Of a stretch of DNA of 64,000 nucleotides, positions 15,001 through 26,259 are shown piece after piece; the stretch's first letter is position 1; the number at the start of each line of letters is the position of its first letter. Location of the stretch: NCBI RefSeq assembly GCF_964355755.1, contig NC_092677.1, positions 14,158,101 through 14,222,100 of the forward strand, given 5' to 3'. The position numbers and the translations under genes are program-made. The stretch is from Antedon mediterranea. Its lineage: Eukaryota > Animalia > Echinodermata. The notes beneath the pieces are model-generated. The model was not told where the DNA came from. It did not search any database and worked only from the letters and a program-made list of their open reading frames with translations.

Positions 15001-18000
15001 ATGTGCAAATGTATATAAAAGCACTCAGATAATGTACAGAGGGCAGTATAAAGATATAAGCAGTGAGTTAGGCAGATCATAAGTCAGCTCTCCTTAATTG
15101 CCTAAGTCACACAGCTGACTTAGGCAGAAACACAAACAAATATAGTATATTGATATAAGCAGTGAGTTAGGCAGAAAAACAAACAAAAAATTATTACTTA
15201 GACACTTTTGTTATGAGGCTGTCGATATCATCTATATAAAAAAAATTCTACCTTTAAGTAACAAAATTTAATAGCATCAGCTCTTCAGATTAAAATTAAC
15301 ACTGATGATTTTAGAAAAGGAAAGTAGCAATAAAAGAGAAAGAATTTGTAACTAATGGGATAAAAAATATACTATAAAAATGTATTTCTTATTTTATTTA
15401 AAAAATCATGAGTCTCCTCTCCTTAATTGCCTATATCACACAGCTGACTTAGGCAGAAACACAAAAACTTTTGTGATCATGTGCAAATGTATATAAAAGC
15501 ACTCAGATAATGTACAGAGGGCAGATAAAGATATAAGCAGTGAGTTAGGCAGATCATAAGTCAGCTCTCCTTAATTGCCTAAGTCACACAGCTGACTTGG
15601 GCAGAACACAACAAATATAGTATATTGATATAAGCAGTGAGTTAGGCAGAAAAACAAAAACAAAAATTATGACTTAGACACTTTTGTTATGAGGCTGTCG
15701 ATATCATCTATATACAAAAAATGCTACCTTTAAGTAACATAATTTAATAGCATATTCAGCTCTTCAGATTAAAATTAACACTGATAATTTTAGAAATGGA
15801 AATTAGCAATAAAAGAGAAAGAATTTGTAACTAATGGGATAAAAAATATACTATAAAAATGTATTTCTTATTTTATTAAAAAAATCATGAGTCTCCTCTC
15901 CTTAATTGCCTAAGTCACACAGCTGACTTAGGCAGAAACACAAAAAATTATGTGATCATGTGCAAATGTATATAAAAGCACTCAGATAATGTACAGAGGG
16001 CAGTATAAAGATATAAGCAGTGAGTTAGGCAGATCATAAGTCAGCTCTCCTTAATTGCCTAAGTCACACAGCTGACTTAGGCAGAAACACAAACAAATAT
16101 AGTATATTGATATAAGCAGTGAGTTAGGCAGAAAAACAAACAAAAAATTATTACTTAGACACTTTTGTTATGAGGCTGTCGATATCATCTATATACAAAA
16201 AATTCTACCTTTAAGTAACAAAATTTAATAGCATCAGCTCTTCAGATTAAAATTAACACTGATAATTTTAGAAAAGGAAAGTATCAATAAAAGAGAAAGA
16301 ATTTTTAACAAATGGGTTAAAAAATATAGTATAAAAATGTATTTCTTATTTTATTTAAAAAATCATGAGTCTCCTCTCCTTAATTGCCTAAGTCACACAG
16401 CTGACTTAGGCAGAAACACACAAAAACGATCTGAGCATCATCATAAGTCAGCTCTCCTTTATTGCCTAAGTCACACAGCTGACTTAGGCAGAAACACCAA
16501 AAAATATAGTATATTGATATAAGAAGTGAGTTAAGCAGAAAAACAAAATTATGACTTAAACACTTTTGTTATGAGGCTGTCGATATCATCTATATACAAA
16601 AAATGCTACCTTTAGGTAACAAAATTTAATAACATATTCAGCTCCTCAGATTAAAATTAACACTGATGATTTTAGAAAAGGAAAGTCGCAATAAAAGAGA
16701 AAGAATTTGAAACTAATGGGTTAAACAATATACTCTAAAAATGTATTTCTTATTTTATTTAAAAAATCATGAGTCTCCTCTCCTTAATTGCCTCAGTCAC
16801 ACAGCTGACTTAGGCAGAAACACACAAAAACGATCTTAGCATGTGCCAATGTATATAAAAGCACTCAGATAATGTACAGAGGGCAGTATAAAGATATAAG
16901 CAGTGTGTTAGGCAGATCATAAGTCAGCTCTCCTTAATTGCCTAAGTCACACAGCTGACTTAGGCAGAAACACAAAAAATATAGTATATTGATATAAGCA
17001 GTGAGTTAGGCAGAAAAAAAATTATGACTTAGACACTTTTGTTATGAGGCTGTCGATATCATCTATATACAAAAAATTCTACCTTTAAGTAACAAAATTT
17101 AATAGCATCAGCTCTTCAGATTAAAATTAACACTGATAATTTTAGAAAAGGAAAGTATCAATAAAAGAGAAAGAATTTTTAACAAATGGGTTAAAAAATA
17201 TAGTATAAAAATGTATTTCTTATTTTATTTAAAAAATCATGAGTCTCCTCTCCTTAATTGCCTAAGTCACACAGCTGACTTAGGCAGAAACACACAAAAA
17301 CGATCTGAGCATCATCATAAGTCAGCTCTTCTTTATTGCCTAAGTCACACAGCTGACTTAGGCAGAAACACAAAAAATATAGTATATTGATATAAGAAGT
17401 GAGTTAAGAAGAAAAACAAAATTATGACTTAAACACTTTGGTTATGAGGCTGTCGATATCATCTATATACAAAAAATGCTACCTTTAAGTAACAAAATTT
17501 AATAACATATTCAGCTCTTCAGATTAAAATTAACACTGATGATTTTAGAAAAGGGAAGTCGCAATAAAAGAGAAAGAATTTGTAACTAATGGGTTAAAAA
17601 ATATACTCTAAAAATGTATTTCTTATTTTATTTAAAAAATCATGAGTCTCCTCTCCTTAATTGCCTCAGTCACACAGCTGACTTAGGCAGAAACACACAA
17701 AAACGATCTTAGCATGTGCCAATGTATATAAAAGCACTCAGATAATGTACAGAGGGCAGTATAAAGATATAAGCAGTGTGTTAGGCAGATCATAAGTCAG
17801 CTCTCCTTAATTGCCTAAGTCACACAGCTGACTTAGGCAGAAACACAACAAATATAGTATATTGATATAAGCAGTGAGTTAGGCAGAAAAAAAATTATGA
17901 CTTAGACACTTTTGTTATGAGGCTGTCGATATCATCTATATACAAAAAATGCTACCTTTAAGTAACAAAATTTAATAGCATCAGCTCTGCAGATTAAAAT

Positions 18001-19097
18001 TAACACTGATGATTTTAGAAAAGGAAAGTAGCAATAAAAGAGAAAGAATTTGTAACAAATGGGTTAAAAAATATACTCTAAAAATGTATTTTTTATTTTA
18101 TTTAAAAAATCATGAGTCTCCTCTCCTTAATTGCCTAAGTCACACAGCTGACTAAGGCAGAAACACAAAAAAACGATCTGAGCATGTGCAAATGTATATA
18201 AAAGCACTCAGATAATGTAGAGAGGGCCGATAAAGATATAAGCAGTGAGTTAGGCAGATCATAAGTCAGCTCTCCTTAATTGCCTAAGTCACACAGCTGA
18301 CTTGGGCAGAACACAACAAATATAGTATATTGATATAAGCAGTGAGTTAGGCAGAAAAACAAAACAAAAATTATGACTTAGACACTTTTGTTATGAGACT
18401 GTTGATATCATCTATATACAAAAAAATGCTACCTTTAAGTAACATAATTTAATAGCATCAGCTCTTCAGATTAAAATTAACACTGATGATTTTAGAAAAG
18501 GAAATTAGCAATAAAAGAGAAAGAATTTGTAACTAATGGGATAAAAAATATACTATAAAAATGTATTTCTTATTTTATTTAAAAAATCATGAGTCTCCTC
18601 TCCTTAATTGCCTAAGTCACACAGCTGACTTAGGCAGAAACACACAAAATTATGTGATCATGTGCAAATGTATATAAAAGCACTCAGATAATGTACAGAG
18701 GGCAGATAAAGATATAAGCAGTGAGTTAGGCAGATCATAAGTCAGCTCTCCTTAGTTGTCTAAGTTACACAGCTGACTTAGGCAGAAACACAAAAAATAT
18801 AGTATATTGATATAAGCAGTGAGTTAGGCAGATCATAAGTCAGCTCTCCTTAATTGCCTAAGTCACACAGCTGACTTGGGCAGAAACACAACAAATATAG
18901 TATATTGATATAAGCAGTGAGTTAGGCAGAAAAAAAAAATTATGACTTAGACACTTTTGTTATGAGGCTGTCGATATCATCTATATACCAAAAATGCTAC
19001 CTTTAAGTAACAAAATTTAATAGCATTAGCTCTTCAGATTAAAATTAACACTGATGATTTTAGAAAAGGAAAGTAGCAATAAAAGAGAAAGAATTTG
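1..19097. repeat. Complex satellite array 1 (runs off the left edge): constant hairpin core plus four linker modules, with a ~12.06-kb higher-order repeat
   Basis: Core TGCCTAAGTCA-cacagc-TGACTTAGGCA (11-bp stem) recurs at spacings of ~330, ~150, ~98 or ~78 bp (e.g. cores at 169/319/469/800; 2059/2157; 2486/2564). Sequence from position 1 is repeated from 12061; identical ORFs sit at 1636/13696 and 4276/16337. The array ends at ...aaagagaaagaatttg (19097). Confidence 0.97.
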
Positions 19098-19448
19098 CGT
19101 TACATGCGCTACGCATGTAATTATATTACCATATGATGATTTATGCCCTGAAATTTATGAGTACCAAATTTTATGTAATTGTGATTCATGGTTGTGAAGA
19201 TATGATTACAAACGTGATTTCGTTAAATCGTGCGTAGACCGCGTAATATTTTATTGCGCACCGTGAAAACATAACCACATCGATTCCTGACCATAAGGAA
19301 TATACTGTGAAAAATTGACTTAGCTAGATTAGACTGATATCAAGATAAGGTCAGAAAGCGATAAATCGCATAGTGATACCGGACCGACAGACCGACAGAC
19401 CGACAGACCGACCGACAGACCGACATAGTGAACTATAGAGTAGCAAAA
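19098..19448 (-). mobile_element. 5' terminal part of a non-autonomous Helentron-associated (HINE/DINE-1-like) element, contiguous with satellite 1
   Basis: Minus strand reads ttttgctactctatagttcactatgtcggtctgtcggtc..., matching the 5' part of the compact element at 48259 (gcgactctacagctcactatgtcggtcgg). There is a (GACC/GACA)n microsatellite at 19382-19425 and a hairpin TTACATGCG-cta-CGCATGTAA at 19100-19120. Confidence 0.65.
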
Positions 19449-19585
19449 TTAGTGAATAGTGAAGTGAAAAGGATAATGTTTTTTTTAAACGGAAAACTCA
19501 TCGATTTTTTGGGTTTTACGAAAATGTAAACCGATGACAACTAATTTATATTAAATAATTTGGTGTTTATTATTAATATTAATAG

Positions 19586-22500
19586 ATCGGATGGTTATCA
19601 AACGTGTTTCATTGGGGATTGTGTGTTCCGCAATCCTGTTCAGATGAAGTTTTATCTAATAGCTTGACAGATTCATTAGGTAATACTGCAACAGTCACGG
19701 TAATGTAGATTTTACTCAAGCTTGGTTCCCACTATAACGCAAGGACGTAAGGCGCAACACAAGCGAATTGACCAGTCTCAAGGAACAGTTCGAATAATCC
19801 ATTGCTTGGATTGGTCAATTCACTTGCGTGGCGGCTTACGTCATTGCGTTGAGTGCTAGTGGGAACCAAGCTTAACGTAAATAGATAATAGTCATAGCTT
19901 TAATATCTGAAATATCGACAGGATCTAGTAGGCCCACCCTTGTTTTTCATATTGAGGTACAGTTTTCGTTGGGTTTGGTTTGACATTCTTTGTCTTCATA
20001 CCCGATTTGATCGATTCTAGTGACGATCTATTATCACAGAATGCGCATTTGTACATGTTTTGGGTATATACGGTAGTAAACGACTTTAACAGACCTTGAG
20101 AACGACTTAAAAAATGATGTAATGCATACTGTAGGCCCTCGTACTCCCATTCTGCTAGGTCGTTGCACAACGAAAGCTGCCTAATGATACGATATTTGTT
20201 ATTTCAGCAACATTGCCTTTACAGAGCGTACAAATTAATCGAGTGTTGTTGAACTGTGCACAAAGTCCAGTCAAACCTTACGATCATGGCTTCTATGGCG
20301 TTGTGTAAGTATCAATTACCGAAAATTAACTGGTAGTTTGTAATAATAATATATCGACTAAATTATGGTTTTTAACATGCATCGATTCCAATGTCTTCTC
20401 AACATCCTATATTGTAGCATCTTTAAAAATGTCTGCGCTACAATAAGAACAATGTGGTGCATGCCATATGTCGTGTGGAATATTTTTCACATTCAGAAAT
20501 TTCCTCTATAGTCACAGTTCCTTTCAACTTCCATGTGTATTATTGTTGTCGTCACTATTTCAGTTGTAGCTTGGTGATTATGATGCTCAGCGTGTCCCGG
20601 TTTCAACTACTATCATGTCAGGATTTTTTTCTAATGACAAATGACAAATTACAAAGTAGTGGAGTTCTGGCTTGGTGGTTATGATGCTTGTCTACCACTC
20701 CACGGGTCCTGGGTTCAAGTCCCGTCACATGTCAGGATTTTTTCTAAGGACCAAATTACTCCACTCACAAAGACTTATAATAAGACTTTGTTAATGTAGA
20801 GCATCTTGTGTATATGTTTGTCTTGTGAACCTCTGAGGGTCCCTAATGATCAGCAATAGCTGGATTGATCACCCTCATTAAATATAATAAAAAAATAAAA
20901 TAAAAAAAAAAACTCCACTCCCAATGGCTTGCAATAAGACTTTATTTTGTCCATGGTTTATGTAGATCATCTTGTGTTTTGTTTGACTTGTGAACAGGAT
21001 TGCCACCTTTAAGAAAGATATTGAATGAATTCGCTTATAGTTATTCTTTGCAATTTGCCTAAATATATAATAATAATATATATTTAATATATCGGTAATA
21101 TAAAACCGATATTTATTTTATCTTGCAGAGTATTTTGTTCTATTTTGGTAATATTAATCTTTACAAGTGGCGTTTATGATGAATATTGTAAATTTAAAAT
21201 ACGACGAATCAGTGCAAATGACGAATTTGCTATGAGAGAAGAGTCGACTCCACTGAGCCCTACAGATAATGGCGATGTTAACAAACAACATTGTAAGTAT
21301 GCGCATGCAACACACGTGTTATTCGTGAGACAGAAACTATTCAAGACGAGAGTTTTGCGTCAACCGATTCATTCGGAAATGAAATGTTTTTATTGCAATT
21401 GGTTTGTTTGAGATTTCTCAAGTCACTATTTTTTTTTACAGCAAGTTTTCCTACCAGAATTTTTCTCTGTTTCGCAATCAATCGAAACTTGATGAAATTG
21501 TTAAACACGACGCAATCAACAAAGGCTATCACATGCCTGAACGGTATACGAGTGGTCAGCATATTGTGGGTTATCTTCGGTCATACGTCTAGTTATCAAT
21601 TTTCGTCCGGCATTGTTGGTATTTACTGCATCTTTATAATAATTCTTTATCATGTTTATTGATCATGTCATGCGATAACACACGGTATATTTATTGTTTT
21701 TAATGATGACGAGGGATGATGATGTTTACGGCGATAATGACATTTACGACGATAATGAATTAATGAATGAATGAAGTTGATTTTGAAGAAAAAGATATTT
21801 CTTTGATTGTATGATGATGGCGGTGGTGTTGAGATAGAATGACTGTTACAATTATAGTGATGGTAGTTATATTGATAGTGATGACAACGATGAGAACACT
21901 ATTCGAGATAGTCTCCTACTAAATTTTCATTACACGGTTTATTGTATAATTATAACCAGATAATCCGGCACGTCAGGTGGAAGCAGTTGGTGAATTTTGG
22001 ATGCAAATTGCGGCCAACACTGGGGTGGCTGTGGATAGTTTTTTCTTCTTAGGGTAAACTCACTTTATTTTTATCAATACCTTTATGAATCCACATTAAT
22101 ACATACAAGAATTAGGTCTCAAGTAAAGAAAACACTTTTTAAATATGATAATTAATTCTGTGTTTGTTTATTTAAATCATATTCTTTGCTGTGAATTACT
22201 AGATTAATAATGTTGGATCGTTTTTTAGCTTATGTGACCCATCGCATTTCAAGATGTTTTTTTTAAAATTTCATTTATTTTTTAAAAATATTTTCCACTA
22301 TTACAATAACCATGATTATTAAAACAAGATGATTATTTCTATACATATTTTACACAATTTAGCTTCTCAAGTAGTTAAATATATTATGACCAATTTTATA
22401 TTTGTAGTGGCTTGCTTGTAAGTTACTTAACATTAGAGAAAATGAAACAAAACGGCGGATCAATATCACTGATTTCGTTCTATTTGTATCGCTTTCTGAG

Positions 22501-25500
22501 GTAAGTCTACAGACACTGTTTAGTATTATATAAATATTTACACTATTATTAATTTAGGCCTATATTTTGCGAATTTACAAAATATATAATTTAATATGGA
22601 ATTCATTATGCCTACCTGCGAAAACTATATACAGTACATATACAGACATTGAAGCGGGTGAAATTAGTTTTTGTTTTAGTTAAGAATAAGTTTACAATAA
22701 GTCATGTGAAATGATGCAACTTTTTTGCCTTCATGTCATTATTGTTATACATTATGTTATCTATAACTTTCAGGATACTACCAAGTTACATGTTCATAAT
22801 TGTGTTGTTCATATTCATCGTGCCTTATCTGAGTCAAGGGCCTATCTGGTTTTCGATTCTGCGCGCAAATGACTGTAGATCATACTGGTGGACAAACATG
22901 CTTTTTATCAACAATTTCTACCCGATTTCATTCCGTGATCAGGTATGATTACAACTGCCTTATTAAGATCAAATTTGTTTATAGGATCGTTAATGTTAAT
23001 AAACGAAGCGATTATTTCTTTTTTTGCAGTGTATTGAATGGTCCTGGTACCTCGCAAACGACATGCAATTCTATGTCATTAGTTCTTTCTTGCTGGTTGT
23101 GCTATATAAGTAAGTGCTTAGGAAAAAGTAGCTTGTCGTTTCAATACACATTACGTCATAAAGACGAGATGTCGTATGTTGAAATCCAACATTAAAGAAA
23201 ACAAAAATGAAGCCTTTCTGATGTTCTGCTCGAATGCTGAATCATACGGTATCATGTTTTTAAAATAGCTCTAAAATTTATAATTTAAAGATGTATTGTC
23301 CCTTGAAACAAAAAAATGAAGGTCAAAATATTGTAAATTTAAATTGGCCATATCAAAGTAATATTAAAGTTATTCACTTTAAGTCGAAAATTCGAGCCAA
23401 AAACAACAAGTTTACGTAATTAACAGGTAAATTATTTTGATTACATTTCATTTTGGAAAATCGTCGCAGGCGAAAGTAAACAAAGATTTCAAACCACGAG
23501 TATGCATTATACATATAATAATTAGGATTGTTTACAACTTGTCACGGTTGAGAAGGTGTTTTCACACAGATCGCGAAGAAGTTTTATGATTATGCATACA
23601 GAGTAGCCAAACAAGCGCGTTGCATTATTAGATATGTTTTGTTCGAAAACTTTGACTGGAAGTCAAAGTTATTTTTTTTACAAAAGAACGTCTCTATTTC
23701 AGTTAAATGATTTTTTTTCTCGACTAATTTTGGTGAACGTTAATAACTATTATGATACTTCAAAATGACCCACTTTTTTTGAAATATTAAAAAAACAAAA
23801 TTGTTGGAATTAGTCAAAGGGACAATACATCTTTGAACGAAGATTTTTGTTTATTTTCTTTTAAAGGTCTAAATTTCTTGGAATAAGCCTAGTGACTCTC
23901 ATATGTTGCGTCAGCATTGCAACCACCTTTGCCTTGATGGCTGTCAATGAGTTCCCATCTGGATTTTTAGGTATTATTGATCAAAGGTAAGACAGCTACC
24001 AAAATCATTCTAAGCCTAAATGTAACGTTTTTAATAGTATTTGTGAGTATTGTGTCAAGCGTTTTTAAGGTTTGAACCGGCGAGAATTACTTCTTCCACG
24101 TTTGAGCTAACGGCTAAGGATTAAGAAATTCCGAAGAAAATATTGATACACTAATATCTTCTTATTTTAGACCTAAAGGTGAAGAATATGTGTCTGTCGT
24201 GTATGCTAAGCCGTACTGTCGTATTTCGCCATATATGGTTGGCCTTCTTTTGGGCTATGGTATGACACGCTTAAAAGCCAACGATCAGGTTGTTAAACTA
24301 TCACCAGTAAGTAACACTTATAACCAATATTTTCATCTTAATGTAAGGGTTATAAGCTAATGACTATTATGTTCTATACTAAATTTAAGTTTTAGGGACC
24401 TTTTTCATACTTAATTGAAACTTTCTAAACACTAAGGTTGCGATGCTCTGCGGTTGGGGGCTCTCAGTTGCTACTATGATACTGGTTGTCTTTGGATTGT
24501 ACCCGTCCCACCACGGTGATCCTATAACGGTTGCTGCGAATTCAATTTATGAGGGTCTAAGTCGGATTTCGTGGGCAATAGCACTTGCCTGGGTCGTATT
24601 TGCCTGCTTCTGCGGGTATGGCGGTAAGTGATGTTTATTTTTGTTATACGGTATACATGACCAAAAGGGTGTTATACTCCTTAACACAACTTCTTAGACA
24701 CATGTGACTATATTATTTACCTATTTTATTAGCTAGTATTTAGTATTTAGTAGGCCTATGGGATGGTAGTATACCTATATATATATATATATATATCAAC
24801 ACATTAGGCAATGAACATTAATTCGAAACCGCCCGGTGATATACTGAAATTTAATTAATTAATTTGAAACGATAAAGATGAGGAAATCTGTGAGAATGAG
24901 AAAAAGTCGCCCCAACCGAGACTCGAACTCGGACCGCCTGCTTGATATGCAGATGTCCTAACCATTAGACCACTGGGGCTTTCATGGTATTGTTCGAACT
25001 CGATTGGATAGCGACTCTTTAACATTCTCGGCGTGGTACGGCGGAACAGCACTAGTCCTCAGTTGTACGCACGCGCAACAGAGATCAAATTGAAAATTAT
25101 CAATTGCTCCTCCACGTGCAACATAACAGACGGGATCTTGAAGAGCTGCGTCGAATATTCAAAGGTTCCTAGTGACTAACCTACTTACTTAGATTAGCAT
25201 CATGACTATTGATAAATCAACGCTTATCTTGATTATTTTTTTGATAGGATGGATTAATAAGTTTCTGAGTTTTTCGGCTTGGGTGCCACTCAGTCGCCTC
25301 GTATTTACCACTTACCTGGTTCACCCAATACTCATGATGGTGTTCTTTTACAGTGCATTCCAGCCGATTCATTATTCGTACACAATGATGGTATGTTGCA
25401 TACTTTGCGTTTTTAGTTATTTAATAGTTACACTACATTGGGTTCTTGCTGACATCATGTGCAATGATCAATTGATTCAAATTCTAGGCGCATACGTCAC

Positions 25501-25820
25501 GTTCCTTAGAGTTTACATCAGTATTCTTTCTATTGCCTGCCGGCGAATCATATGCCAAACATTGCTCCGAATTATTATGACTTTTGAACAATTTGACCAC
25601 TTAGCCTGTGATGTGTGTGAGTGTAATGCATTGTTTTTTTCTATTTCAGTGTTTTTATTTTTTTGCATTTGTCTTGGCGTCGTTTTCTATTGCCGGGATT
25701 GTTTATATCTTAGTGGAACTTCCATTTTCGAACTTAGTTGAACTGTTTAGTAAGCTGAAAAAATCAGGAAAACACAAACCTTATGATAAAAAAAGAACAG
25801 AGAATGATGAGCAAGTCTAA
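19586..25820 (+). CDS. NRF-6 / O-acyltransferase-like (OACYL, Acyl_transf_3 family) multi-pass membrane protein; 5'-partial, 13 visible exons
   Basis: Phase-consistent GT-AG exons: 19586-19679, 20208-20304, 21129-21292, 21442-21618, 21960-22053, 22408-22500, 22774-22942, 23030-23109, 23867-23986, 24171-24306, 24437-24623, 25248-25390, 25650-25820 (TAA). Family motifs: WGLCVPQSCS (end of NRF domain), ITCLNGIRVVSILWVIFGH, VDSFFFLGGLL, RFLRILPSY, CRSYWWTNMLFINNF, WSWYLANDMQFY, YAKPYCRISPYMVGLLLGY, PLSRL..TYLVHP, VELPF. The first visible exon starts at an acceptor, with no ATG or signal peptide. Confidence 0.92.
19719..19872. mobile_element. Palindromic MITE (PIF/Harbinger, Tourist-like) in an intron
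   Basis: TIRs AGCTTGGTTCCCACTA / TAGTGGGAACCAAGCT with further internal fold-back. Flanks are TCA/TAA. A second copy lies at 57780. Confidence 0.8.
20661..20912 (+). mobile_element. tRNA-derived SINE nested in an older copy of the same family (older copy ~20563-20650 and 20913-20997)
   Basis: Box A-like TGGCTTGGTGG, box B GGTTCAAGTCC and an A-rich tail at 20880-20912. The flanks carry diverged versions of the same head and body. Confidence 0.7.
23289..23832. mobile_element. Non-autonomous DNA transposon, Kolobok-like (TTAA target, AG terminus)
   Basis: TIRs AGATGTATTGTCCC / GGGACAATACATCT flanked by TTAA and TTGA. A related left end lies at 46964. Confidence 0.72.
24907..24979 (-). pseudogene. 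tRNA-like sequence (anticodon loop ATATCAA, apparent anticodon ATC); tRNA pseudogene or SINE head in an intron
   Basis: Minus strand GCCCCAGTGGTCTAATGGTTAGGACATCTGCATATCAAGCAGGCGGTCCGAGTTCGAGTCTCGGTTGGGCGA has good A and B boxes and paired anticodon and T stems. The acceptor stem is imperfect. A TTTTTT run follows one base later. Confidence 0.6.
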
Positions 25821-26259
25821 TAACAAATGAAATATCTATTTGCATACAAATGTCTACACATTCAGAGCTATGTAAACAGTTTTGCGAAAAATCAACCAAA
25901 GTATGGATCTATTTGTTTTTATTTAGTTCAATAAGTCGATATTTTGTCATTTTTTGAACAAAATCCCTTACTATAATAGTACATGGACATTTTGAAAAGT
26001 TGATACCTCAACATATCTTTTAACAGTAAAAAATATTCGTGTGTCAATTATGCTACAGTTATATCGAAAAAAGGAAAGGTCGAAACTTGGCAATTTTTTG
26101 AAAAAAAAATCATTATACTAAAATACAGGGAAATGAGTCGAATATTGTGTACTACGCATGTTAATAATGCTATAGCAGCCTGTTGTGTCGAAAAATAGAA
26201 AGGTTGAATTTTTCCATTTAGAAAAAAAATTTTTTTTAGGCCTATTTATAGTAGAATTT

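Noticed and set aside
1636-16522. Repeated 61-86 aa ORFs (MILEKE.../MYFLFY...)
   Set aside because: They are by-products of the satellite and are opened and closed by homopolymer indels. They show no protein motifs.
1-19097. CRISPR-like appearance: a constant ~28-bp palindromic repeat separated by spacers
   Set aside because: The spacers are only four recurring types rather than unique sequences, there are no cas genes, and the context is a spliced eukaryotic genome.
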